Assembly: GCA_010093705.1 (NCBI GenBank)
Contig: MU006090.1
Location: 957,817 to 1,021,816 of the forward strand
Source of the DNA: Patellaria atrata CBS 101060
Taxonomy: Eukaryota
Direction: 5' to 3'
DNA length: 64,000 nt
Shown: positions 16,198 through 27,432 of the stretch, piece after piece
Position numbering within the stretch: position 1 is the stretch's first letter
How the letters are laid out: each line of letters starts with the position of its first letter
Program-made: the position numbers and the translations under genes
Notes under the pieces: model-generated
Told to the model about the DNA's origin: nothing
The model's database searches: none
The model's input: the letters and a program-made list of their open reading frames with translations, nothing else

Positions 16198-17659
16198 ATG
16201 GCGAACCTTCCAGAGAGTGAGTTATACTGCTTCATTCCCTTATAATACGTACATCTAACAAAGTATGCTTGTAGATATCGAGCATACCCTACGAACGATA
16301 TTCAAACGTTGCGTACAATGTCCTGATGAAGTACCTCCCTGCCCTCCATGTAAAAAAGGAGACGTCTGCTCTCAATCAGCTCAGTCATGTACAAGGTGTG
16401 TAAAGGTGGAATGTGTGCCTCAGGACGCTGCAGGACAGGGTCCTTCCATCTCTCATAAAAGCGGGCCCAATGTTGGCGCGATAGCTGGTGGTGTTGTCGG
16501 AGGGTTGATATTTATTGCTATCTTAACTTACTGCGTGTGGCGGTTCTGTCTCAAAGGTCGAAGACAGCAGTATCAAGAAAGTCAATGGGAAGATATGGAT
16601 GCCGCGACGGAAAAGAGACGTAGCGAGTTCACAATGCGTCGGGATGCCAGAATGTCGACTCATACCGTTGCCTCCATGGCCTCTACGGTCCTCACACGAG
16701 CGTCGAACATCATTCAAATTGCATATATTCCTGGAGTCACAAATCGATCCGGTCCTGGATCCCCGGGTCTCCTCGTTCCTCCCGTTCCTCCTATTCCCGC
16801 CATGTCTCCAAGTACACCCGGTGGCAGTCCCTATACTGACCAATTATTCTTCACTCCCGGAGAACTGCGCGACTCGACATACTCTGGTCTGTCAGGGGAT
16901 GGCCGCAGTAGTTTTCGGACCAGTATCACCCCCAGTCTCGCTCGCACGAGCGTCGCAACGACTATCTATCGTGACAATGCCGTCGTCAGTCCTTTACCAG
17001 CGCAAACAATCGTGCGCGGCAAGGCTGCTGTCGTAAGCGTTAAATCCAGTGGCCAACCCAGCCCAGCAGAATCGCCGTCGATCATCGACACCCCTCCCGT
17101 ACCTCAAGTGGAAATGCACAAGTATGTAAAACCGATCAAGATCCAGATGCCCGGCTCCAGCACTCCGTCGATAAGGTCCACACCTGCAGGCTCCGTAAGG
17201 AGTATCACTATTGGGAAACCCAAACCGCTCGAGATTGTAAAGAAACCCTCGAGCCTCTCCCGCACTGAATCTTCTGAGCCCCTTCAACCCACGGATCGTC
17301 CTGAATCGGTGAATACAAATCGCACACACTCCCGCGCCGAGCGATCTACTCTCATGCTCTCCGATTCAGAATCTGATGCCGAAACAGAGCCAAGGCGTTC
17401 ACTCATGAACAGCTCGCCGAAGTCAGCGAGGGATAGCCATGTCACGGAAATAATGGACACGCCGCAAAGCATACAAGGGTCGTTTACGGGAAGTAATAGC
17501 AATCCTGGAAGTCCAGATCCGGGGAGGAAAAGCTCAGGGAGGATGAGTACGGTGATGGAGATTGAGGAGGCGACTAGAAGAGCGAGTATGGGGCCTAAAG
17601 GTGGTTTGGGCCGGAGAAGAGATGAAAGTCCATTTTCGGACAGTAATGAAGTGAGATAG
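16198..17659 (+). CDS. OPY2: Membrane anchor Opy2 (HOG / filamentous-growth pathway)
   Basis: ATG 16198 (MANLPE), intron 16217-16274, then the Cys-rich CVQCP..CPPCKKGDVC..SCTRC domain, a TM helix, and STHTVASMASTVLTRASNIIQIAYIPGVTNR. Confidence 0.9.
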
Positions 17660-19180
17660 TAGATGGATTTCGCACTATTTAATTTCCGATATTTCAACAG
17701 GGTGGAGGCGTTCAAGAGGCGTCATTACGCCGGTGCGTCCTGGAGCTATATGTCTGATCATACTTTGATATTTCTTTGGGATTCTAGTTTGATGATTGTT
17801 GTGTTCAACCGGAGCCGTGGCTTTCGGTGCAAGGTCCATGGATGTTTGATCAACGAGTTGTCGATGTTATGCGTCTGGTGGTTTGACACCAATATATTTC
17901 TATTGTGTTCAAGGAGGATCAGATGTACTTAGCGTATCCAAGTTTTAGATTTCAAAGATCCAAATCTCCCAAACGTTTGGTCCAACCGCAATCTATATCT
18001 TGCTCAAATCAAATCTACTCAACCCCTGATCCGTCTCAGCAAACGCATGCACCTTTCCTGGCGTGAGAATTTATTCTGTTACTACACGCTCCCTCTCAAC
18101 CATACACCTCCCGTTCAAACTCTCTCCTCAACCCCGATACAAGAATAGGGAAAACGGCCAGGGAAAACGGCCGGGGATCCGTAGGCGTTCGATCAACCCG
18201 TCGATACAGACACGCGTACCGTACGCTTTCCACAAGACGCGTCTTCAACCCGACTGTACGGGCGATGGAAAACTGTACGGGACCGCGCCAATCGTACTAG
18301 TAACCACGATATGAAAATCTGGCCTCCGTTTGGCACTCATTCTCGCGGCTGTATCAGACCCCCATGTCGCAAACCCAAAAGGACGATAGACCCGCGGCCG
18401 TGTGGACGGTTAGAGTGGACTTGACCACCTACCGTATACTTGTGCTCTCGCATGTCCCCTAAGTCTATGGTGCGGAGATGGGGATGTACGGTATGAATGT
18501 CGTAGATGGGAGTACATCCCCCAGTAGCGTATTGAAGATAGGCTTGCAATTCAAGGGGTTCTCTCTTTCAGACTCTGTGTACCGGTAATAAGTAACCCGA
18601 GTGTATAGCATATGAACAAGGCTCTTCTCGTACGAACAACTAGATCTATGCAAAAGCTCTCGAACTGCACCTCTCAGAACGGTCCGGTGTAAATTTCCCT
18701 TTTGGGTAGTCTAAGCTTCTCCTGAGTACAGGGGGTCTTTGTATATTTTCCATCGTTCGACGTGTGTTTGATCTGGTGTTCTTTTGTACTATACAGTAGA
18801 GTAGCATCAATAATGTAGGTCGCGATACATTTTCTGTCATGGGGTAAAGGGCATAGAATCGCAGCTTGGAGGGGGTAGGGATCAAAGACGCACGTTTCTG
18901 CTCTACTGGTCCGACTTCGTCCCCTCACGTCTTCTCCCAGCAACGTTGTGCGGAGGAGCTTCTTTTCTCATATTAGCTTCATCAAAGCTCCCTTGTTCCT
19001 GAGAAGCAGGAGAGTATGGATTTGGTTCGATAGACGCTGATGTTAGGTCGAAGCCGACTTTATATGTACCAGGTTTCTGGCATTCCAGTGGTGTAAGTTG
19101 CTTTCAAAATCTATATATGTTATCATCGACACCAGTGGGCGAGCAGCGATAACAGGATATATTTTGCTAATATTGTTACT

Positions 19181-20413
19181 ATGGGTTCTAGTCCACTTTT
19201 GCTTGCAGTAACTGTGGTTGTGCTGCTCTTCAATGTTTTCACCATGAGCGATGCGTCATCGCATTTCACTCCTTCGAGTCCTTTCCACCAAAAGTATATC
19301 AATTATACAACAGTAACTGGGTTCTTCTTGCAAGATGATCCAGCAACAAACGCAAGCGCTTTTAACTACGTAAGTCATACCAACGAATAGATATAAGACA
19401 GGAGTACTCATCGAAGGTAGTCAATGTTGAACCTAGGCCTTATCGAACGTCCTTACGATACCGATGATGAATACGACCCTCAGCACGAAAAGACACAATG
19501 GCAAAGGTTTGAGCATTATGTCTTCAGACTCAATCGTCAAAGTGGGAGACATCTCCAGTACAAAGTCCTTTTTATGGGCAGACATGGAGAGGGGTACCAT
19601 AACGTTGCGGAGAGCTTCTATGGGACCCCGGCTTGGGATGTAGGTAATAAGGATCAGTATCACGGCACTCATCAGTTTCACTCATGGTATCATAGTGTTA
19701 CTGGTCGCTATTAGACGGTAACGGAACAGTTGAGTGGGCAGACGCTAGAATAACGGAAAAGGGCGTCGCGCAAGCACTTGTGGCTCATGCGTTCTGGAAA
19801 GAGGCTCTCGCAAATAAGGGCATACCTGCTCCTGAATCATACTACACGAGTCCTCTCGTTAGATGTTTAGAGACAGCAAAGCTCACCTTTTCTGGACTGA
19901 AACTTCCAAGCCGGCGCCCTTTCAAGCCAGTAGTAAAGGAGGTAAGATTTCCGAACTATTGATTCGTATGGGAAGCAGAGTTGCTGATATATATATTAGT
20001 TACTGCGTGAAGCAATCGGTATCCACACATGTGATCGACGAAGTAGCAAATCCTGGATACAGGAAAATTACCCAGATTACGCAATCGAGGCAGGATTTGC
20101 AGAAGAGGATCCTTTCTGGCTACCCGACCTCAGAGAGTCGAATACTGCTCAAGTCGCTCGCTTAAAGAAGCTTCTCGACGACGTTTTTACGACAGACGAT
20201 AGTACCTGGGTATCGTTCACGAGCCATTCGGGGGCAATTGGCTCGCTTCTCAAAGCCCTAGGACATCGTACTTTCTCGTTACAAACTGGTGGTGTTATTC
20301 CAGTGCTGGTCAAGGCAGAGACGATAGGTTGTCCGCCCCCTACAAGTAGTATCCAGCCATCGACAACTGCTCCTACTTGTACGGTTAACCCTACTCCTGC
20401 TCCGACCGGGTAG
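19181..20413 (+). CDS. Histidine phosphatase / phosphoglycerate-mutase family protein (Pmu1-like), probably secreted
   Basis: Hydrophobic N-terminus, TGFFLQDDP, catalytic MGRHGEGYHNVAE, YYTSPLVRCLET, HTCDRRS, SFTSHSG; three introns; TAG 20411-20413. Confidence 0.85.
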
Positions 20414-21219
20414 GTTTAAATGCATAGTATGAGAACTGATTCAAAGCAACGAAGAGGTCAATGTCTTAATCATGCCCCTGTTCTGTGTTGAGATTTTGTG
20501 TAAAGGTGGATACCGCGCTGGAAACTGTTGAATTGATGAATCGTATTACAACATCAACATTTTGCGATATATCGATGTCATTACTGCTGAGCATGTATCT
20601 TTTGTACATTACGGTATATAATAGTTATATGTTAAAAGGTGCCAAAAGGCCAAGGTCCATAATGTAGTACAAGGCCCCGAAGGATCCGTAATGCGGACTA
20701 CTGCAAAAGGCCGGAGAGCATCGCGGGCATATTCGTTCCCATTCCAACACGTCCGAAAGTTATGAGATGAGCTTTTAAAAGCAAGAGAGCAAGCTTCTTT
20801 TTCACCGAGTGCTCTTATACAGGTCCTGAACTTGGATTATATAGTACCTGCAGAGCTAGCTTCCTAATGATTCAGTTTCTAGCAATCTGCCTCAATTATT
20901 GATTACTATATTATTTATCCCATGTCTTCGTCTAATAAATAGCTTGTGTTCAGTATAAACAACCCCCAAACAGCCTCCCCCAAGTCCTCAGACGTGAGCT
21001 TCGGGTTTATTTACCCCTCAGTGCCCCCCCAAATACTGCCTTTTGTCCTCGGCATCATCCCGCATCAGATAACACCCACCGACGTATGTGTTTTATGCCT
21101 ATTGAAACCGTTGTGGAGCTTGCTAACGTAGTCGTCTAGCTTCTCGCAACATACCGCTAGTTTTTGCCGTTGCTAAAACCCTTCTTAAGCTCGACGTCGC
21201 CCGCGGACACCCGTGCATC

Positions 21220-22939
21220 ATGAGTGCTTTTTCCACCTCGTCATTGCGTTGTGTGCGGTTGACATCCCTTCGACCGCTGGTGCAGAGCAGACCCTATACA
21301 TTCCAGAGCAGTCAAAGGGTACAGGTTCCGAAGCAGGCTGTGAGCTTTGCGATTGTACAGAGGAGGAAGATGTCTGGGTTTAAGAAGATCAAGGTCAAAA
21401 ATCCGGTCGTGGAGCTGGATGGAGATGAGATGACGAGGATAATATGGAAGGACATCAAGGACAAGGTGCGTCGAGAGTCGTGTAACATGTCTAAAAGCTT
21501 GGTATTGCAATTGGGCTGATTAGTTATCTCGTTATAGTTTATATTTCCGTAAGTTGGATGCGATCAATTGTCTGATCAGACCACGCTCATTCTTTTTAAG
21601 GTACCTCGACATCGATCTCAAGTACTACGACTTAGTAAGAAATCCTAAGAAATATCAAGAGTATTCGGAGCTGATATGAATTCAGGGGCTGGAATACCGC
21701 GATGAGACAAACGATCAAGTTACCATTGACGCTGCGGAGGCCATTAAGAAGTATAGCGTTGGCGTCAAGTGCGCAACTATCACTCCGGATGAGGCGCGTG
21801 TGAAAGAATTCAACCTGAAGCAGAGTATGGCAGCCACTTTCCAAAACTCCAAGATGTCCAAAGCTGATCTAGCGAACTAATAGTGTGGCTATCACCAAAC
21901 GGAACGATCAGAAACGCTTTGTAAGTCCCTGTCTTCTGGTATGCTTTGCGTATCTAATGCTCCATAGAGGTGGCACTGTTTTCCGTGAACCCATCGTCAT
22001 CCCCCGCATCCCACGTCTAGTCCCGGGATGGAAACAACCCATTATCATTGGCCGTCACGCATTCGGTGATCAATACCGAGCAAAAGACCGTATAATCGAC
22101 GAGGAGGGTACCCTCGAGCTCGTCTTCACCCCTAAAGGTGGCAAGCCGGAGTCCATCGAGGTGTATAAGTACCCTGAATCGGGCGGTACAGCATTGGCCA
22201 TGTATAACACATCTGAATCTATCTCTGGCTTTGCACACGCCAGTTTCAAGCTCGCACTGACCAAGAACCTACCCCTGTATATGAGCACGAAGAACACAAT
22301 CTTGAAGAAGTACGATGGCCGCTTTAAGGACATCTTCCAGGAGATTTATGATACCCAGTATAAATCCGAGTTCGAGAAGAACGGCATCTGGTACGAGCAT
22401 CGTCTAATTGACGATATGGTAGCTCAGATGATCAAGAGTGAGGGTGGTTACATTATTGCTATGAAGAGTGAATCGTCCCTACCACTTTATACAATTTCTC
22501 GCTAACCACAACAGACTATGATGGCGACGTCCAATCCGACATCGTCGCCCAGGGCTTTGGCTCTCTCGGTCTCATGACCTCCGTCCTCGTCACACCCGAC
22601 GGTAAGACTTTTGAATCCGAGGCCGCACATGGTACCGTGACTCGCCACTACCGCGAGCACCAGAAAGGAAACGAGACGTCCACAAACCCCATCGCGAGCA
22701 TCTTCGCCTGGACCCGCGGCCTCATTCAACGCGGCCAGCTCGACAATACCCCAGAGGTTGTCGCGTTCGCGGAGAGCTTGGAGAAGGCGTGCATTGACAC
22801 TGTCGACGCAGATGGTGTGATGACGAAGGATTTGGCGCTCGCGTGCGGGAAGAAGGGACGCGGAGATTATGTTACTACCGGACAGTACTTGGATGCCGTG
22901 GAGAGGAGGATGAAGCAGGTGCTCAAGGAGAAGCTGTAG
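21220..22939 (+). CDS. IDP1: NADP-dependent isocitrate dehydrogenase with mitochondrial presequence; second in-frame ATG at 21370
   Basis: [71 protein letters not shown]; six coding introns including an 11-nt micro-exon at 21538-21548; ends KEKL*. Confidence 0.97.
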
Positions 22940-23607
22940 GCTAGGTTATGACTATTGGTGTGGCGACGAGAAGGATGAGGCAGGAGCTTAAGGAAGGTCG
23001 TAGGCTAAGGATAGTTTATGGGGGATGGAAGTGAATGGATCAATTGGGTGGAAAGGACTGGGCATATGAGTGTTTATATATGAGAGATGAGTTAAGATGA
23101 CATAGGACTTTATACTTCCTCGAATTTTTCCTTCAGTCGATTGGGTACAACCGTTCTAGGATCTCTGTTGACAGTACGCTTGAATTACACAAACACTGCG
23201 ATCCACTTAGACGTTCCAACAGTCCTAGTATAATAGGAAGAATCGCAACCAAGACCAAGTATAACATAGGGAGGAATATACTGTCAAATGACTTTGTATA
23301 ACTCAGGGGGGTTCGTGACGTTCGCGGAGCTTTGGTACAAGTAGAGTTGGAGACAGCTTTAGAAGGAAATATAGGAATATCTGGTGATAAGAAGAGCTTT
23401 TGTTTACGTTGCGAAAGTAGGATAACCATCAGGTGACGGAGTAGTGTCAATTCGAAAAACCTTTGGAATAGGAGCGGGAATTAATATTATTTACAACGCA
23501 TGCTAGTCATATGACCCGTTTACACCTGAGTTTATTATTACTCTATCATTTAGTGAAATGCCTGTCTTAGCTCAGTCATTGGTGATTAGAGCTGCCTTCT
23601 GCCTATA

Positions 23608-26600
23608 TCAAATCGGCTCGTCTCTCGGTTCGATTAAGACTTCATTGACAGCGACATGATGCGGCTGACGTAGCGCGTAAACTATAGAATTCGCCACGTC
23701 TTCAGCATCGAGAACCTTCGCGCCTGACGGCTCCCCGTACTTTTTGACGGCCTCCTCATCCGTTGACATGCCCAGCAAGTCTGTGGCTGTATTTCCAGGT
23801 TGAACGCTGGTGATACGCAGGCCAGTCCCTGCGGTCTCAAGCCGTAGTGACTGGAGCGTTGCCTCGACAAAGAATTTACTAGCTGAGTATACACCCAAGC
23901 CAGGAAAGACCTTTCGACCTGCATCGGATGATATGGCAACGATGTGACCGCTGCCGCGGGACAGCATGCCCGGAACTGTGGAAGCGAGGCAGTACAGTAA
24001 GCCTTTGCAGTTAACATCCACAGTGCGTTCCCATTCTTCCATGTGCACATTTGCCATCATGGTGTAATACATTACCCCCGCGCAAGAGACGAGGATATCA
24101 ACGGGGCCGAGCTCGTCGTGAGCAGCGCGAAGAAGTGCTTCTACTTGCGACTTGTCCGTCACGTCCGTCTGGCGGATGATAGCTTTGCCTTCACGAATCA
24201 CTAGCCTTCTTTTGACGGCTTCAAGTGCGTCCAGGCGGCGCGCAGCGAGTGCAACGTGACATCCCTCTTTTGCAAGAGCAGCAGCGACTGCGGCCCCGAT
24301 ACCTGATGAAGCACCTGTTATTACAGCTACACGTCCGCTTAGTGGACCTCTGCGTATCGGTTGTGCGGACCCGCCAAGAGAGTGTTGACGTGAAGGAGGT
24401 CGGGGAAGCCAACCTCTGGCAAACCAGTGGCGTGTGTATGTCTCGAGCAACACGATGTCAACCTTTGGACGTTCGACAACGGCGCGGAACGGTCTGGTGG
24501 CTGCGTTGTTGAGCACAACGATCCCCCTCAAGAATTCGACTGTTGGCATGCCACTGCGGAGGATATCGACGGTAAAGGTCCCATCTCCGCCTTTGACGGA
24601 ACCTCTTTTCTCGGTCCAGAGCGCGACCCAATCATCCCAGCCTAGCCGTTGCGTTGGGTAACCAAGCTCGTTGAGATCGTCGAATACTGTTCTGATGTTG
24701 ACAGGTTCTGGGTCACCTATGTGGAAAACGACCCGGTCCGCGTGAATCTGATCGGCAAGATGGAGGATTGCCTTACTGACAAAGTCAACGGGCGTCATTT
24801 CGGCACGCCAACCTTCAACGTCTGGAGCGTAGCCGAGCTGGATGGACTCTACAATAAGAGCAGATAAAAGATCCCAGGCGTTCGCCGCGCCAGTCGTGCT
24901 GTGGCCGCTGATGGTGCCTACTCGATGTATTTTCACCGGTAGTCCACGTCGTCCGGCTTCGAGGACAAACTGCTCAGCAACCCACTTCGTCTGGCCATAA
25001 CCATCCAGTATTTTCGTGGGTACATCTTCCACGTCAAGCATCGCATCCTCGGGCCAACCTTGCTCATCAGAGGGGGGTAATACACCGTTCGTGGACACAT
25101 ACTGCACCGTAGCACCGCCTTTGCACGCGAGGCGGAGGATTTCCTTGGTGCCTCCCACGTTCGGGCTTCGCAGCGCTGCATACGGGTATACAAGATTCAC
25201 CGTGGCAGCAGCATGAACGATGACTTGAACACGAGCGGCTAGGTTGTCGAAATCGTTAGGGGAAAGGCCAAATCGAGTCCTGGATAGGTTGCCGGGCAGG
25301 ATTTCGACGCGTTCCATAATTGAGTCTCGCCATAATCCCATATCAAGTAAGTTTCTACGTATTCTTGCTATTCCCCCTGGCGTATCATCCTGGGCAGGCT
25401 CGTTGAAACGTACAAGGCATATGATGTGGGCTGATGTGCGTTCCAGTAAGTCGTTGAGCAGAAATGCACCCAAGAAGCCAGTTACGCCAGTCAGGAGTAC
25501 TGCCTCTGCTTTGTTAACGGAACATATGGTGGCATCGGTCGGACGGATATCCTCATCAAGGACAGAATCCGCCCGTAAGACAGCGGGCAAGTCTGCTTGA
25601 ACGGCAGCTATTTGTCCATCCCTTATTGCACGTACCGTTTCAAGATGTTCGGTGAGAGTTGGATTCCCTACTAGACGAGCGATTGGGATTCGGAAGCCAA
25701 AATTTCTCGATAATCTTGAAGCAAGATCAGCGATTGACAAAGAGTGTCCGCCCAAATCAAAGAAGCTGTGCTCCGGCTTGAGGAGACTTGGAGATGTTTT
25801 AAGGGACAACGCCCAGACTGCGGCAATATCATCTATGCTAATTGGATCCTGCTGGATCTTTTCGCTGTTCGGGCTAGGTCTTCGCGGCGGAGGAAGGCGT
25901 TTGAGGTCGACCTTGCCGGAGACATCATGAGTAGGTAGCTCATTAAGCTCTATCCATAGAGCTGGGACCATGTAGTGGGCTAAATATGGTGAGAGTGTGC
26001 GGCGTGCTTCTGGACTGTGCCCTGACACATCGATCTCGACGGGAGGGCGCTCAACAGAGATATCCTCGTCGCGAACGATGTATACGACCAAACACCGGTC
26101 TAAACCTTCACCATCGGCGACTACCGCGCAGTGCTTGACTGCCAGGTGCTTAACGATCTCATTTTCGACCTTACCAGGCACAACAGAGTAGCCGCGAAGT
26201 TTGATCATAGCCCCTACACGACCAGTAATCTCCAGGAGTCCAGAAGGGAGCATCCGCGCCGAGTCTCCCGTTCTATACATGCGAGCCCCGGTTGTTGAAT
26301 CAAACGAATCCGGGATGAACGACTTAGCGGTACTCTCGGGGAGGTTGATGTACTCCCGAGCTAGAAGAGGTCCACCAACGAAGAGCTCTCCACTGACCCC
26401 ATTGTCCACTCTTCGACCACCCTCATCAAGGATGTAGGTGTGCTTGGGGTCCAAGGGTGGACCAACGGGACAATAAGGGGCTTCATTATCGAGAATTTCA
26501 CTAATATCTCCGCATGCAATTTCATGGGTTTCACAGGCACTGTAGCAATTAAGAAGTCGAGTCTTTGGAAGAGCTTTGATGGCTCGGCGAGCTAGGTCGG

Positions 26601-27432
26601 TTGTGACTACCTCGCCATTAAGCCACAACGTACGCAGATCTGGAAGGCGAGTTCCGATGTGTGGATGACGGGATAGGACTGTAGCCAACAGTGTGGGTGT
26701 CATGAGGGTCTCAGTAATGCCTTTAGACGATAACAGGTCCACGAGGGCAGCGGGATCATAGCTCACCTCATCTGGGACAGTGACAACCGTAGCCCCCCGT
26801 AAGAGTGGACGTATAATTTCCCAAATGAAGAAGACATTGCATGCCACACGGTCACCTGGTCGGACATCTTGAAATCTGAATCTTAGGCTGTAGGAGAGGA
26901 CTGGTGCTCGATGAGGGTTTGCGATACCTTTAGGTCTCCCCGTAGTTCCGGAGGAATAAGACACAAATGCAAGTCGGTCCAGATCATTATCAGCGGGTAA
27001 AGGAGATAGTTCCTCTATATGGCCATTGGATTGTGTGTTCGGTTCGTCTACAACGATACTCGGGACGTCTCCCTTGATCTTACCGAGCTCAGCGCTATAA
27101 GTGACAATAACGGTCGGATTTGCATCTTGAATAACATCGTTTAAAAGATCAGGCGGATATGCGAGCTCGAGAACGAGGAATGCCCCTCCAGCACGAAGGG
27201 CTGCAAGGCATGCAATTACGTAGTTAGCACTTCGTGGAAGAAGGACACCAACAAGGTTATCTCGACTGACGCCATACGTTCGAAGACGCTGCGCAAGAAT
27301 GTCGACTTCATGATCTAGCTCGGAATATGTATATGTGAGTGTATCGTCTTCTAAGGCAACGGCATCAGGTGTGGCATGGACTTGTTGTATGAACAGCGCT
27401 GACAAGTCCTTGTTGATGTCAATGGCGGTCAT
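23608..27432 (-). CDS. NRPS-like enzyme A-T-R1-R2(SDR), glycine betaine reductase ATRR type
   Basis: Intronless 1274 aa: A domain (YSSGTTGRPKG, RMYRTGD), T domain (FFDLGGHSL), thioester reductase (LLTGVTGFLG, GYGQTKWVAE), C-terminal SDR (TGASSGIG, YSASK). This architecture matches the fungal ATRR family. Confidence 0.9.
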   Translation of the reverse strand: MTAIDINKDLSALFIQQVHATPDAVALEDDTLTYTYSELDHEVDILAQRLRTYGVSRDNLVGVLLPRSANYVIACLAALRAGGAFLVLELAYPPDLLNDVIQDANPTVIVTYSAELGKIKGDVPSIVVDEPNTQSNGHIEELSPLPADNDLDRLAFVSYSSGTTGRPKGIANPHRAPVLSYSLRFRFQDVRPGDRVACNVFFIWEIIRPLLRGATVVTVPDEVSYDPAALVDLLSSKGITETLMTPTLLATVLSRHPHIGTRLPDLRTLWLNGEVVTTDLARRAIKALPKTRLLNCYSACETHEIACGDISEILDNEAPYCPVGPPLDPKHTYILDEGGRRVDNGVSGELFVGGPLLAREYINLPESTAKSFIPDSFDSTTGARMYRTGDSARMLPSGLLEITGRVGAMIKLRGYSVVPGKVENEIVKHLAVKHCAVVADGEGLDRCLVVYIVRDEDISVERPPVEIDVSGHSPEARRTLSPYLAHYMVPALWIELNELPTHDVSGKVDLKRLPPPRRPSPNSEKIQQDPISIDDIAAVWALSLKTSPSLLKPEHSFFDLGGHSLSIADLASRLSRNFGFRIPIARLVGNPTLTEHLETVRAIRDGQIAAVQADLPAVLRADSVLDEDIRPTDATICSVNKAEAVLLTGVTGFLGAFLLNDLLERTSAHIICLVRFNEPAQDDTPGGIARIRRNLLDMGLWRDSIMERVEILPGNLSRTRFGLSPNDFDNLAARVQVIVHAAATVNLVYPYAALRSPNVGGTKEILRLACKGGATVQYVSTNGVLPPSDEQGWPEDAMLDVEDVPTKILDGYGQTKWVAEQFVLEAGRRGLPVKIHRVGTISGHSTTGAANAWDLLSALIVESIQLGYAPDVEGWRAEMTPVDFVSKAILHLADQIHADRVVFHIGDPEPVNIRTVFDDLNELGYPTQRLGWDDWVALWTEKRGSVKGGDGTFTVDILRSGMPTVEFLRGIVVLNNAATRPFRAVVERPKVDIVLLETYTRHWFARGWLPRPPSRQHSLGGSAQPIRRGPLSGRVAVITGASSGIGAAVAAALAKEGCHVALAARRLDALEAVKRRLVIREGKAIIRQTDVTDKSQVEALLRAAHDELGPVDILVSCAGVMYYTMMANVHMEEWERTVDVNCKGLLYCLASTVPGMLSRGSGHIVAISSDAGRKVFPGLGVYSASKFFVEATLQSLRLETAGTGLRITSVQPGNTATDLLGMSTDEEAVKKYGEPSGAKVLDAEDVANSIVYALRQPHHVAVNEVLIEPRDEPI

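Noticed and set aside
18060..19000. Overlapping short ORFs and a 13-bp doublet (AGGGAAAACGGCC x2)
   Set aside because: No coherent gene model; the short duplication is unremarkable.
23682..26437. Many antisense and alternative-frame ORFs over the NRPS-like gene (likewise over HAD, PUT2 and cpc-1)
   Set aside because: Shadow ORFs of real coding sequence.
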